Source of the DNA: Candidatus Heimdallarchaeum endolithica
GTDB taxonomy: Archaea > Asgardarchaeota > Heimdallarchaeia > Heimdallarchaeales > Heimdallarchaeaceae
Assembly (NCBI GenBank): GCA_021513715.1
Contig: CP084167.1
Coordinates: forward strand, 1,536,001 to 1,600,000
Length of the DNA: 64,000 bases
Direction: 5' to 3'
The position numbers and the translations under genes were made by a program. Positions 1-9,598 of this stretch are shown here, piece after piece. The notes beneath the pieces are model-generated. The model worked only from the letters and a program-made list of their open reading frames with translations, was not told the origin of the DNA and made no database searches. Positions within the stretch are counted from its first letter, which is position 1, and every line of letters starts with the position of its first letter.

Positions 1-1020
1 TTTATCAATATCGAAGTGTATTTTTTGTCCGTCAAGTTTGCATTTTCCAGAAAATATTAGAGCATCTTTTTCTTCTTTGCATGATAAAACAACTCTATGT
101 CCATTTTCACATTCATAGAAAAAGGGAGAATAACTATCTTCTTTTTTTGGAGTTGTAGGGCGAAAGCCTAAAGAAAGAAGTTTGTTAGAAGCTCTATTAA
201 ACTCTTCAATATATTCAACCCTGTTTTTAAGAATAGGTTTGTATCCCTTTACAAGTAGTTCTCTAATTTCGGGATGTGATGTTGGAAACAATATTAATCC
301 CCAATCGTTAATAATATTAGCTTGAACCCCATAAATTAAGGCAATCCAATCACCAAAAGAATAAGAAGAACGGTAAGTTTCTCTCATGAATGTGAGTATA
401 TGTTCAACTCTCTCAAAAAACAGATTTTGTTTTTCTTTGGGTAGAAGAGAGCGAAATTCAAAAAATATGTTCTTTATTATCCCTAAATTCTCATTTAACC
501 AATCAAACTTTTTCATTGGAATTGCAAAAGAGGCAATATTTTCTTGAATACCAGTTAAAGAAATAGGTTTAGTAAATGATGATTGAGCATTTGGTATGTG
601 GATTGTTGCGATTTCTGGTTGGATTACATCATGTGTATTAACCAGAAAAACGGGTGATAAACGTCTTCCGTATTCATTACTTAATTCTGAAAGTGCGATT
701 GTAGCAGCAATTTTATTCCCAATTAAACTTACCCCCCCAAAAATTGTTGCTTGTTGACCAGCTAGGACAACACCATTATTAATGTTATCAATATTGAATT
801 TTACAGTTTCTGTAAGTAAACCTAATTTTTCATGATATGCTAGTAAAATTCTTTTTAGAGAGTCAATGGTTTTTTCTTCTATATATACTTCAGGAAGTTT
901 ACTTGCTTTTTCCAAGGCTTCATGAAAATTTTTGGGTACATAATTATAAAAATACTCTAAATCTGGATTTTTTTTATCTTCCCAAATGTATGATGAATAT
1001 AAATCTCCTGCAGTATTCAT
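1..1020 (-). CDS. bshC: Bacillithiol biosynthesis cysteine-adding enzyme BshC-like protein; 5' part only, runs off the window edge (not in ORF track)
   Basis: Manual translation from ATG at 1020 is open to base 1: MNTAGDLYSSY...NGVVLAGQQATIFGGVSLIGNKIAATIAL...LSPVFLVNTHD, resembling BshC motifs VxxGQQxxxFGG...K and PVFW...DHD. Confidence 0.7.
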   Translation of the reverse strand, partial: MNTAGDLYSSYIWEDKKNPDLEYFYNYVPKNFHEALEKASKLPEVYIEEKTIDSLKRILLAYHEKLGLLTETVKFNIDNINNGVVLAGQQATIFGGVSLIGNKIAATIALSELSNEYGRRLSPVFLVNTHDVIQPEIATIHIPNAQSSFTKPISLTGIQENIASFAIPMKKFDWLNENLGIIKNIFFEFRSLLPKEKQNLFFERVEHILTFMRETYRSSYSFGDWIALIYGVQANIINDWGLILFPTSHPEIRELLVKGYKPILKNRVEYIEEFNRASNKLLSLGFRPTTPKKEDSYSPFFYECENGHRVVLSCKEEKDALIFSGKCKLDGQKIHFDIDK

Positions 1021-1331
1021 TAAAAAATTAAACAAATAGATAGATAAGAATGTTCTGTTACGACAAAATATTCATCATATTAAAGAATAGAGGATTTCAT
1101 TTTTAATGTTCTTTATTTTTTTGTTTTGGTTCATTTAAAATTCATTTTTTTAGAATCGTCCCTTTTTAAAGAAAATAACAATTACTGTCTAAAAACACTC
1201 AAAATTTAACTAATTATTCATTATTTGTATTTTCTTTGCCTAAACAAGATAGTCACTCTTGCAAAAAAGTTTTAAATGAATAATTCTTAATGTCTCAAGA
1301 AGAAAATCGAAGTTTTCTTAAAGGTGAGAAA

Positions 1332-1490
1332 ATGGCAAGAGTAGAATGTCCTAAATGTAAGAGTTTAAATGTAAAAGAGGTAGAAGACAAGAGTAAAGTG
1401 ATTGCATACTTTAATCACGTACCAGTCTACAAGAAAAAGATTGTTTGTAAAGACTGTACGTATGAATGGTATCCTGATGAGAAAGAATAG
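1332..1490 (+). CDS. Small Zn-ribbon protein
   Basis: CPKC...CKDC; AGGTGA RBS before ATG 1332 (ORF track starts at 1290). Confidence 0.7.
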   Translation: MARVECPKCKSLNVKEVEDKSKVIAYFNHVPVYKKKIVCKDCTYEWYPDEKE

Positions 1491-1555
1491 AAATACTCTA
1501 CCTTTAAAACTTTTTTTTATAATTTTCAACAGCCCATATTATTTTTGTTAAAACT

Positions 1556-2278
1556 TTAAAAGCCTTTTGACAACCTATTTATTAAAAATTTATTAAATCC
1601 TTTTTCTTTCATTTTTTCTTGAGTGGTTTCAACATCATATTTTAATCTAACGAGTTCATAGTCAAAATTCAATGTTTCTTCATCTATATTGAAAACCATA
1701 AAAGAGGCTCGAGGATCACCATCTCTTGGTTGTCCAACTGAACCAGGATTAAAAAGGTGTTTTCTTCCAACAACAATATGTAAAGGTTTATGTGTATGAC
1801 CCAAAAACAAAAAATCTATTTCTGTAAAATCATTGGATATTTCAAAAAAGACTGTATATGTCCATGAAGGAAGGTCTGGGCTGACATAATCTTTTAGAGG
1901 GCTTCTTGGGGAACCATGTACAAACATCGCATTTTCTCCACTCTTACTAAAAGGAAAAATAGAATAAAATGGAAGTGAACCTAATTTCTTTTTTTCATAA
2001 TCGGTTAGTATATCTCTTGTCCAGAAGAAAGATTCTCTTGGGATTTCGTTAAAATGCTCGTATTCGTTTTTATAAACAGCATAATCCCAATTTCCTATAA
2101 TTTGGATATTAGCCTTTTTTTCAATTAAATGCAAGCATTCTCTAGGATTAGGTCCATATCCAACTATATCACCTAATGAAATAATAATGTCAGGAGACAA
2201 ATCATCAATGTAATCTAGCACAGTGGTTAAAGCCTCTAGATTACTGTGAATATCTGAAATAATTGCGTAAGTTTTCAT
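1556..2278 (-). CDS. Calcineurin-like metallophosphoesterase (YfcE/PrpA-like)
   Basis: SDIHSN, LGDIVGYG, GNWD, VHGSP, GHTH, NPGSVGQPRDG motifs. Confidence 0.9.
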   Translation of the reverse strand: MKTYAIISDIHSNLEALTTVLDYIDDLSPDIIISLGDIVGYGPNPRECLHLIEKKANIQIIGNWDYAVYKNEYEHFNEIPRESFFWTRDILTDYEKKKLGSLPFYSIFPFSKSGENAMFVHGSPRSPLKDYVSPDLPSWTYTVFFEISNDFTEIDFLFLGHTHKPLHIVVGRKHLFNPGSVGQPRDGDPRASFMVFNIDEETLNFDYELVRLKYDVETTQEKMKEKGFNKFLINRLSKGF

Positions 2279-2331
2279 TAGTTGACACTTATAATTGGAG
2301 AAATGGAATTCAATATTTAAAAATTTTTAAG

Positions 2332-2347
2332 GTACAATTAAACGAAT
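2332..2347 (+). repeat. Target-site duplication of IS481, left copy (right copy 3358-3373)
   Basis: Exact 16-bp GTACAATTAAACGAAT immediately outside both TIRs. Confidence 0.9.
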
Positions 2348-3357
2348 TGTTTACTCAATAGACTTGGGTTACACTTTTGGGTACTAGAGAAACATAGGGG
2401 TGATTCATAAATCTTTCTCCTGGGGTGAGGAAGTTAAGAGATTGGTGAGGACGACTAAAATTGTAGTAAGAGCGATAGTAGGAGAGGTCGGGGTTGCAGT
2501 ATTTTAGACCTAATCTTTCCATCTCACGGATGATTGTCCCATGTAGTCTTTCTACTTTTCCACATGTTTCAGGGTGAAAAACTCTAGCTCTGATGTGCTT
2601 TATTCCTTCTGTTTGACACCAACGGGAGAAGGTACTTGTTCCTCCTCTAACGGAAGAGAAGAGTGCTCCATTGTCAGTAAGTATAGACTCGGGGTAACCG
2701 TACTCTTTTATTGCTTCCTCTAGCAAACTTATTATCTGCTCTTTTTTTGGTGCAAAAGGGTGGAATTCAGCTCCCAGACAGAATCGTGAGTGGTCGTCTA
2801 TCAAGGTTATGAGGTGGAGATGTTGTCCCTGTTCTTCTACCCAGAATGGTCCTTTCACATCTATTTGCCAGAGTTCGTTAGGTTTTTGACGTTCAAAACT
2901 CTTGTATCGAGGTCTTTTCCTCTTTTTTCTATTAACCCATAAAGGAAGACCTAACTCTTTTATTACTTTCGTCACTGTCGTCTGAGAGAGTGCTTTTCCT
3001 TCTCTCTTCAACAAATAAGCTATCTTCTCCACATTCATTCCTTGTTTTATTCTTAACTCCCTTATCCTCTCTTTTAACTCCTCATCTACTTTCCTGTGTA
3101 TAGTTTTTGGTCTGGAAGATCTATCTTTCCACCATACTCCTTCAGGGTTCTCTCTGAACCTCTTCAACCACTTATACACAAACTTCCTACTCACCATATA
3201 CTTGTGAGCTACCTCTTTTATCTTCTCTCCTTCCAAAGCTTTTTTAACCACAATCTTTCTTAGTTTCTCCAGGTTACGTTCGTTTTTGTTCATAATATAT
3301 CACTTACCCACGTAACCCACTTCTATTTATTTGTTACCAATGTGAGTTGAGTATACA
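2348..3357 (-). mobile_element. IS481-family insertion sequence, 1010 bp
   Basis: TGT...ACA ends; 26-bp imperfect TIR (TGTTTACTCAATAGACTTGGGTTACA vs TGTATACTCAACTCACATTGGTAACA, 19/26); flanked by direct repeat GTACAATTAAACGAAT. Confidence 0.9.
2355..3293 (-). CDS. IS481-family DDE transposase (HTH + rve integrase core)
   Basis: WQIDVK, IDDHSR, ILTDNG, GKVERLHGT, YNFSRPHQSL. Confidence 0.92.
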   Translation of the reverse strand: MNKNERNLEKLRKIVVKKALEGEKIKEVAHKYMVSRKFVYKWLKRFRENPEGVWWKDRSSRPKTIHRKVDEELKERIRELRIKQGMNVEKIAYLLKREGKALSQTTVTKVIKELGLPLWVNRKKRKRPRYKSFERQKPNELWQIDVKGPFWVEEQGQHLHLITLIDDHSRFCLGAEFHPFAPKKEQIISLLEEAIKEYGYPESILTDNGALFSSVRGGTSTFSRWCQTEGIKHIRARVFHPETCGKVERLHGTIIREMERLGLKYCNPDLSYYRSYYNFSRPHQSLNFLTPGERFMNHPYVSLVPKSVTQVY

Positions 3358-3407
3358 GTACAATTAAACGAATAAAAAAGAATAAAAGTAACAAAGTTTT
3401 CAAAAGG

Positions 3408-5840
3408 TTGAATAAGATGGCATTCAATGATTTATTAATTTATTTTTGGTCTTATATTACATCAGATACTAGAATAGTCTTAGGGCTTTTAATTGCGTTA
3501 ATTGGGTTTATTTTCCTAATTTCAGAAATATATACGAAACTAAAACATGATACAACAAGTGAAAATATGGTTTTATCCGCGATAGGATTAACATTTGGTT
3601 TAATTTTATTTTTCCTGCAGGATTGGCTAATTGCAATCGCATTTAGTTTTTTCATTTTAGCAGTATATCAAACATGGCAACTAAGAGAGTCTCCTGTGTG
3701 GAGAGAACTAATGATTACTTCAGTAGCTACATATTTTGTTTTTTTAGTTGGAACTGTTGCTGACAAGATATATGAAATTGTGAAAGGAGAAGAAACAGAA
3801 ATATTCACTGGATGGGCATACAATTTAATGATTTATGTTTTCCTTATCATGGCTTTAATATTCTTTGGGAAAAAGTTCATTTTAGTTACAAGGTTTATGT
3901 CTCCGCAAATCTTGTATCTAACACTGTTTGCATTTGCTTACCTTGCTTTATGGACAGTTGGTAAATTTATCCCTAATTTTGATAATCTTACATTAAACTA
4001 TTTGCCAATAAATCCTGAAATTTCAAAAAGAATTATTTTTCTTTCTTTTGGACCTTATGAAATAATAATCATTTTATCATTTTTCTTATATTTTATTTCA
4101 GGGTGGCTTCTTGACGTACTATTAGGTATAAAGCGTACAGAAGATGAGAGATTAAGAAGACTTGTGAATGAAGTAAAAGAAAGATTAGAAATTAAAAAAG
4201 AAATTAAGATTGGAACAGTGAAAGCACCTATTCTCAATGCAATGGCATATGGGCCGTTTTTTGACCAAAGAGTGGCTTTTATTTCTAATGATTTAAACGA
4301 ATTTAGCGATGATGATATCAGAGGAATTGTTGCACATGAGCTAGCACACAATAAAAGAGCTCATGTCATTTGGTTACAAGTCATTTCATCGATGGAAATG
4401 ATAATAAAAAAAGCGTTTCTACTCCCAGCAACAACTCTAGATTATGCAGTAGTAAAAGAAAATATTCCTTTCATTCAATACTTCTTTCTTAGTTATGGGA
4501 TTATTGCTTTTTTAATGATATTTGTTAGAATTATGGAAGGAGATGCAGATAGAAAAACAAAGGAAGTAGGATATGGAAAAGAACTAGCGCAAGCATTATA
4601 CAAATTAGAAGGATTTTATCAAGGAATAGCTGGTGATTTTGGACTAAATGTTCAATTGTTAACTGGAAAAGAATTTACTGAATCTGAAAAACTTCGTTTT
4701 AGGGGAGAAGCAGCTATTTCTCTTTACACTCAATTATACAAACCTAGTAGATGGGCAATGTTCTCTAATATTTTCATGTCTCATCCTAGAACATCATTCA
4801 GAATCGTAGCAGCTATTGATGACAGTTTATCCCCAGTAAAAGGTGCCTTACTACCATATTGGTTAATTCTTCCCAACTTTATAAGAAAAAAAGCAGTAAA
4901 AAATCTAACTAAAAAAAGAGATACTTTTGATGAACTAATATCTAGTAGATTCAGGGAGTATTATGGGAGTGAAGGAGTAAAGCAATTCCTAGAGATTACC
5001 CATTTTAATGAGCTATACCAACCTTATTTTGGAAAAAATGTTGTAGCGTTTGACAAAACTGAAAATGTCATTATTTCAGGTAAAGCAAAAGAATTAATAA
5101 TTAAAGAATCTATTTGTCGTCCCTTACAATTGCTTATTGTTACAGAAATAGAAGAAAAACCGATATATGTAACTGATTACATCATTAATGAAGCAGAAAC
5201 AGGTGAAAAGTACATACTAAAGAATGGAAAGATGGGAGAATTAAAATCCTACATTGTCAAAGAGAAAAGCAACAGACCTATTTTCATTCTAATTGATCAT
5301 AAAGGAAAAGAAATCGAAAGTTATTCAACAGGAAAATCACTCGAATACTTACTATCTAAAGTTAACCAACAAATATTCATTTACAAAGATGGAATTGATC
5401 AAATTACTAAATTATCAAACATTAATGTTGCTGAAACTTATGACGAAACAATTTTTGAGTTTGAAGAAGCAAGTGGAAAACTTTTCTCAATAAAAGGAAA
5501 AGAGCTTATCATTGAATTTCCTCCAGTTCTATTAAGGATTAGAGGTAAAAACAATGAATTGCGCCATCAGCTACTAGAAGGATTAGAAGGTATGTCAGTT
5601 ATTTTGTACACAAAAGAGGAGATAGAAGTAGGAATAGCTTGCAAGATCAAAGGTATTGAAGAAGACAAATTAACTTATGAGACCAGAGAAGGCGAGAATA
5701 AAGTACAAATAAATAAAATTGACTATGTTACTGTATATGCAGACAAACCAAAAGTGTTTTTGAAAAAGCACTTAAGCGCTATAGATAGATTTTTTATCTG
5801 GTGGGAGAATAAAAATAATGATAAATACATTTTTCCATAA
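3408..5840 (+). CDS. Polytopic membrane M48 (HtpX/Ste24-like) zinc metalloprotease with a large C-terminal soluble extension
   Basis: Many TM helices; NAMAYG, HELAH (HExxH), EGDAD, SHP motifs. Confidence 0.8.
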   Translation: MNKMAFNDLLIYFWSYITSDTRIVLGLLIALIGFIFLISEIYTKLKHDTTSENMVLSAIGLTFGLILFFLQDWLIAIAFSFFILAVYQTWQLRESPVWRELMITSVATYFVFLVGTVADKIYEIVKGEETEIFTGWAYNLMIYVFLIMALIFFGKKFILVTRFMSPQILYLTLFAFAYLALWTVGKFIPNFDNLTLNYLPINPEISKRIIFLSFGPYEIIIILSFFLYFISGWLLDVLLGIKRTEDERLRRLVNEVKERLEIKKEIKIGTVKAPILNAMAYGPFFDQRVAFISNDLNEFSDDDIRGIVAHELAHNKRAHVIWLQVISSMEMIIKKAFLLPATTLDYAVVKENIPFIQYFFLSYGIIAFLMIFVRIMEGDADRKTKEVGYGKELAQALYKLEGFYQGIAGDFGLNVQLLTGKEFTESEKLRFRGEAAISLYTQLYKPSRWAMFSNIFMSHPRTSFRIVAAIDDSLSPVKGALLPYWLILPNFIRKKAVKNLTKKRDTFDELISSRFREYYGSEGVKQFLEITHFNELYQPYFGKNVVAFDKTENVIISGKAKELIIKESICRPLQLLIVTEIEEKPIYVTDYIINEAETGEKYILKNGKMGELKSYIVKEKSNRPIFILIDHKGKEIESYSTGKSLEYLLSKVNQQIFIYKDGIDQITKLSNINVAETYDETIFEFEEASGKLFSIKGKELIIEFPPVLLRIRGKNNELRHQLLEGLEGMSVILYTKEEIEVGIACKIKGIEEDKLTYETREGENKVQINKIDYVTVYADKPKVFLKKHLSAIDRFFIWWENKNNDKYIFP

Positions 5841-5948
5841 CTTATTTGCATTTTTTATTATTTAATTTTCTTTTTTTTTGTCGATAGATATTATTGTGAT
5901 ATTATTTCAATAATTCTTAATAATTTAAATAATCTTTAAAACATTTAA

Positions 5949-6308
5949 TTGAGACCTATGGAAGCCAAACAAGTACTAAGAGATCAATTTAATGAAAGAA
6001 AGCTCAATATAAGTGAAAATGTTAGAATAAGAATGGGAAGAAAGGATTATAGAGTAGACTTTTATTTAAAAGATTATAAAATAGGAATTATAACTTTAGA
6101 CTGGAATAGAACCATCCCAGTAAGTAAAATTTTGCAGTTAGAAAGAGTAAAACAAGCATTAAAATTAAAGAAACTAATCTTAGTATGTAATTCAATCAGC
6201 GAAAATGCAAAGGAATTTTTAACATACAGAAATCAAATCAACATACAAGTTGTTCATTCTTCAGAAATAGAGAAATTAGAAAGAAAAATTGATGATTTCG
6301 TTAGTTAA
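5949..6308 (+). CDS. Small restriction-endonuclease-fold (Mrr-like) protein, catalytic motif apparently degenerate
   Basis: RVDF strand followed by alpha/beta pattern LILVCNSISENAKEF; no clear ExK. Confidence 0.45.
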   Translation: MRPMEAKQVLRDQFNERKLNISENVRIRMGRKDYRVDFYLKDYKIGIITLDWNRTIPVSKILQLERVKQALKLKKLILVCNSISENAKEFLTYRNQINIQVVHSSEIEKLERKIDDFVS

Positions 6309-7340
6309 TCACAGATAAAAATCTAAAGTTTTTTGTTTTGTTAGCGGATAAGCATTAAAACCTCTTCTCTTTAGTTCAGAAGCAAAACAGAGAGAAGAAC
6401 CATAGATTGTATATACTTTTCTGGGATTACATTTTTCTACTATACCAAGTAATTCATTAAAATCAGCATGGTCACTAACAATAATTCCGTGATCAATTGA
6501 CATTTGAAACTTATAGCTGGAAAAATTACACCAACCTGAAAAGGCAAATAATCTCGCATTATATTTTGATTTTAGATTTCGAAGAAACTCATTTCTTCCA
6601 CTAATTAAAGGAGAAAATAAAATCCAGGGTTTCTTATTTTCCAATAAATTATTTTCTCTCATACATTTATATGAATTATAATTAAAACTCAGATTATGGT
6701 TAACAGATTCAAGAATTTTCTGTATCTTTAGGTTAGATTCATGCAAAATAAGATTATCAGAGAGACTTGAAAAATTGTCGTATAATATTTGAGCTTTGCC
6801 ATAAGGATACCCCATCAAAACTACAGGTATATTTTTTAACAAATAGTCTTCAATAAGGTCTTTTGCTCTTTTAATCTCTTCTTCAAATGGTGGAAATTGG
6901 TACTTAGGCTCTCCAAAAGTAGATTCAATGATTAATGTATCACATTTTTTTGGTCGAAAGGGTTCAATTAGTTTTCCTTTTTTTTGAATAGAAACATCAC
7001 CAGTATAAATTACTCTTTTACCGTAAGAATCAATTTGTAAAGCAGTAGAACCTAATGTATGTCCGCTTGAAACTTGACTAAATTTTACTTCTTCGAACTC
7101 CAAATTTCGAACAAAATTATTTGTTTTTAGTTTTGGAAAAAAGTGTTTTATTAAAGCTTCAGTGTAATGACTACTAAGAATAGTTGTATTTTCTAAAACA
7201 TGTCTAGTTGTATGATCAGAGTGGGCATGACTTACAAATAAAAGATCTGTTTTATTTTTCCTTGTAACGTCACAAGCAATAGACCAACCTCTATCAATTA
7301 ATTGAATACCAGAATTCTTTATGATTTTCATTTCAATCAA
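6309..7340 (-). CDS. Metallo-beta-lactamase / beta-CASP-type nuclease
   Basis: SHAHSDH, GHTLGS, YTGD, ESTFG, GKAQ, SDHAD. Confidence 0.85.
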   Translation of the reverse strand: MIEMKIIKNSGIQLIDRGWSIACDVTRKNKTDLLFVSHAHSDHTTRHVLENTTILSSHYTEALIKHFFPKLKTNNFVRNLEFEEVKFSQVSSGHTLGSTALQIDSYGKRVIYTGDVSIQKKGKLIEPFRPKKCDTLIIESTFGEPKYQFPPFEEEIKRAKDLIEDYLLKNIPVVLMGYPYGKAQILYDNFSSLSDNLILHESNLKIQKILESVNHNLSFNYNSYKCMRENNLLENKKPWILFSPLISGRNEFLRNLKSKYNARLFAFSGWCNFSSYKFQMSIDHGIIVSDHADFNELLGIVEKCNPRKVYTIYGSSLCFASELKRRGFNAYPLTKQKTLDFYL

Positions 7341-7374
7341 TAAAAAACAAGAATTCTTAAAGAAAAAAAGAGAA

Positions 7375-8025
7375 TTATTGAATGGGTATGGAAACCACCA
7401 TTATGTCTTTCTCATCTACTTCGTCTTTGACTATTTTCTTAATAACATCTTTTGCTAATGTTTCCATCTCTTCAATAGTTAAATCTTCTTTATAGTTTTC
7501 TTTTAGAATAGATATAGCTTCAGTATCTCCTTCTCCTATAGCTTTTGCTTTTACAGAGATTACTCCACCACCAGGATCTACATAATACAAAGATGATCCT
7601 GTGTCATCTACGCCTCCTATCAGCAATCCTACTCCAAAAGGTCTTACTCCTCCTTGTTGTGTATAAAGTTGGCAGTAATCCCCTATTTTTGTAGATAATC
7701 CTTTAATGTCTGTTGGAAGGTCATAGGTCATTCTAAATATTTGAGCTTCTAGTCTTGCTCTTGAAATTAACACTCTTCCATCTGCTGCAACACCAGCAAA
7801 AGTCGCATACACGTTGTCATCTATTTTATGTACTTTAGCATCTGGTTCGTTTAAATCGACAACACGTAGCAATCCAGCTAGAACCACACCATTTTTGCTT
7901 TTTATTCCTACTGCAATGCTTCCTCGTCTTACTGATTCTCTTGCATATTCTACTTGTATTAATCGTCCTTCTGGACTATACATAATTGAAGTTCTATCAT
8001 ATCCCATTGATTGTGGACCTAACAT
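7375..8025 (-). CDS. psmA: Proteasome alpha subunit
   Basis: GYDR...SPEGRLIQVEYA N-terminal signature; RPFGVGLLIGG. Confidence 0.92.
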   Translation of the reverse strand: MLGPQSMGYDRTSIMYSPEGRLIQVEYARESVRRGSIAVGIKSKNGVVLAGLLRVVDLNEPDAKVHKIDDNVYATFAGVAADGRVLISRARLEAQIFRMTYDLPTDIKGLSTKIGDYCQLYTQQGGVRPFGVGLLIGGVDDTGSSLYYVDPGGGVISVKAKAIGEGDTEAISILKENYKEDLTIEEMETLAKDVIKKIVKDEVDEKDIMVVSIPIQ

Positions 8026-8026
8026 T

Positions 8027-8689
8027 TTATAACTCCTCCAATATTTTCTTTATTTCTTCTTCAGTTAACCATCGGATTCCGTCTTTGTTTACAACCAATG
8101 CATCCATACCATTACCTGTTGCTGTATCTCTACTAATTGAAGTAGAGAGTGCTCTTAATCCTAGTTTAATAGCTTCCTTTTCTGTAAGATCTTCTTTCCA
8201 GAAAGCTTCTAATACACCATAAGTGAAGAGTGAACCAGAACCTGTAGAAGCGTAGTCTTCATCAATTATTGCTCCTGATGCATCCAAATTGTAAACATGG
8301 GGACCATATTTATCTAGACCACACACTAACATTGCAACATAGAAAGGCATGTAAGATCTAAATTGTTCATATAATACAGAAGCAAGAAGATTACCTGCCA
8401 TTTTTGTTGTAGGAGGATAACCTCTGTTTAGTTCATATAGATTTAAGTTAGCTTTAGTAAGATTAACTAAATATTGGGCATCAGCTACTAAACCAGCGAT
8501 CGTTGCTACTGTATAATCATTTAATTGATGAAGCTTTTTAGCTCTTTTTGAAGCAACGAAGGTTCCTGCAGAAGCTCGTCTATCAGTTGCAACAACAACA
8601 CCATCCTTAAATCTAAGAGCAACAGTTGTTGTCCCTTTCATTGGATTTTCAAATGGATTTTGTTGTCCATAATTATTCATCATATTCAT
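8027..8689 (-). CDS. psmB: Proteasome beta subunit
   Basis: Propeptide then G/TTTV catalytic Thr; ATDRRAS; STGSGS; SRD. Confidence 0.95.
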   Translation of the reverse strand: MNMMNNYGQQNPFENPMKGTTTVALRFKDGVVVATDRRASAGTFVASKRAKKLHQLNDYTVATIAGLVADAQYLVNLTKANLNLYELNRGYPPTTKMAGNLLASVLYEQFRSYMPFYVAMLVCGLDKYGPHVYNLDASGAIIDEDYASTGSGSLFTYGVLEAFWKEDLTEKEAIKLGLRALSTSISRDTATGNGMDALVVNKDGIRWLTEEEIKKILEEL

Positions 8690-8869
8690 TTTTAAACCTC
8701 TATTTTTTTTTAATTACCAATATTGTGATTGTTGCTATATATCAATTATTTTTTTTCCTTTATAATGACTCACTTTTTACAGAAACTTAAAGGAGAAAAT
8801 TGCTAATTTTACAATCAATCACAATTCGTATATAAAGATATATTTATTATATTTGCTACTATTTTAATA

Positions 8870-9565
8870 ATGAATGCAATGAATCTGCATAGAGACTATT
8901 TTGAGAAATTCGAATATAGTGAGCCTAACTTAGGAAACTTACCATATGACCTTTTTTACTCAAATGAATATAATTACATCACTCTTCCTGAAGTGCAAGT
9001 TCTCTTTGCTTTAACAGATTCAAGTACTTCATATACCTTTTCAGGTTTAAGAAAGAGAACTCAACTACATCAATATAAAATCTCTAAATCTTTAAAGAGG
9101 TTACAAGAACGGGACTTAATAGATAAGGAACAAGATGGAACATATTCTTTAACAGCTAAAGGAGAAGAATTTTCACGAAAACTTATTAAAGAACTATTAA
9201 AAAGAAAAGACATTTCTTATCCAAAATATAATAATTTTCAAATTCAAAGAGTAAAATTGTTTGCAAAAAGAAATTTAGACCAAAAATACATAAAAAAGAA
9301 ACTTTATGGACGTTGGTTCGGTGATTTCAGATTTCTGTACGCTAAAGAAGATGAAAAAAGTTTGAAACTTTGTTGGGAAGATACAGAAAATTGGCAAATA
9401 ATTTTAGAGAACACCATATATAACCAATTGTACATTCAATTTAATCTCAGAGATTACGAAAAAACAAAAATTGATAATTTTACTAATTGGTTATCCAAAG
9501 AACTTCTCACAGAGGTTGATATTCCATCTTATTCACTAAACCAAAAATCTGAAGTTTACAATTAA
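8870..9565 (+). CDS. Winged-helix (MarR/ArsR-like) DNA-binding protein with C-terminal domain
   Basis: FSGLRKRTQLHQYKISKSLKRLQERDLIDK...YSLTAKG. Confidence 0.65.
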   Translation: MNAMNLHRDYFEKFEYSEPNLGNLPYDLFYSNEYNYITLPEVQVLFALTDSSTSYTFSGLRKRTQLHQYKISKSLKRLQERDLIDKEQDGTYSLTAKGEEFSRKLIKELLKRKDISYPKYNNFQIQRVKLFAKRNLDQKYIKKKLYGRWFGDFRFLYAKEDEKSLKLCWEDTENWQIILENTIYNQLYIQFNLRDYEKTKIDNFTNWLSKELLTEVDIPSYSLNQKSEVYN

Positions 9566-9598
9566 ATAAAATTCTCTACTAAATTTTTTCATATCCAA

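Noticed and set aside
837-1031. Plus-strand 64-aa ORF
   Set aside because: Antisense shadow of the bshC-like gene
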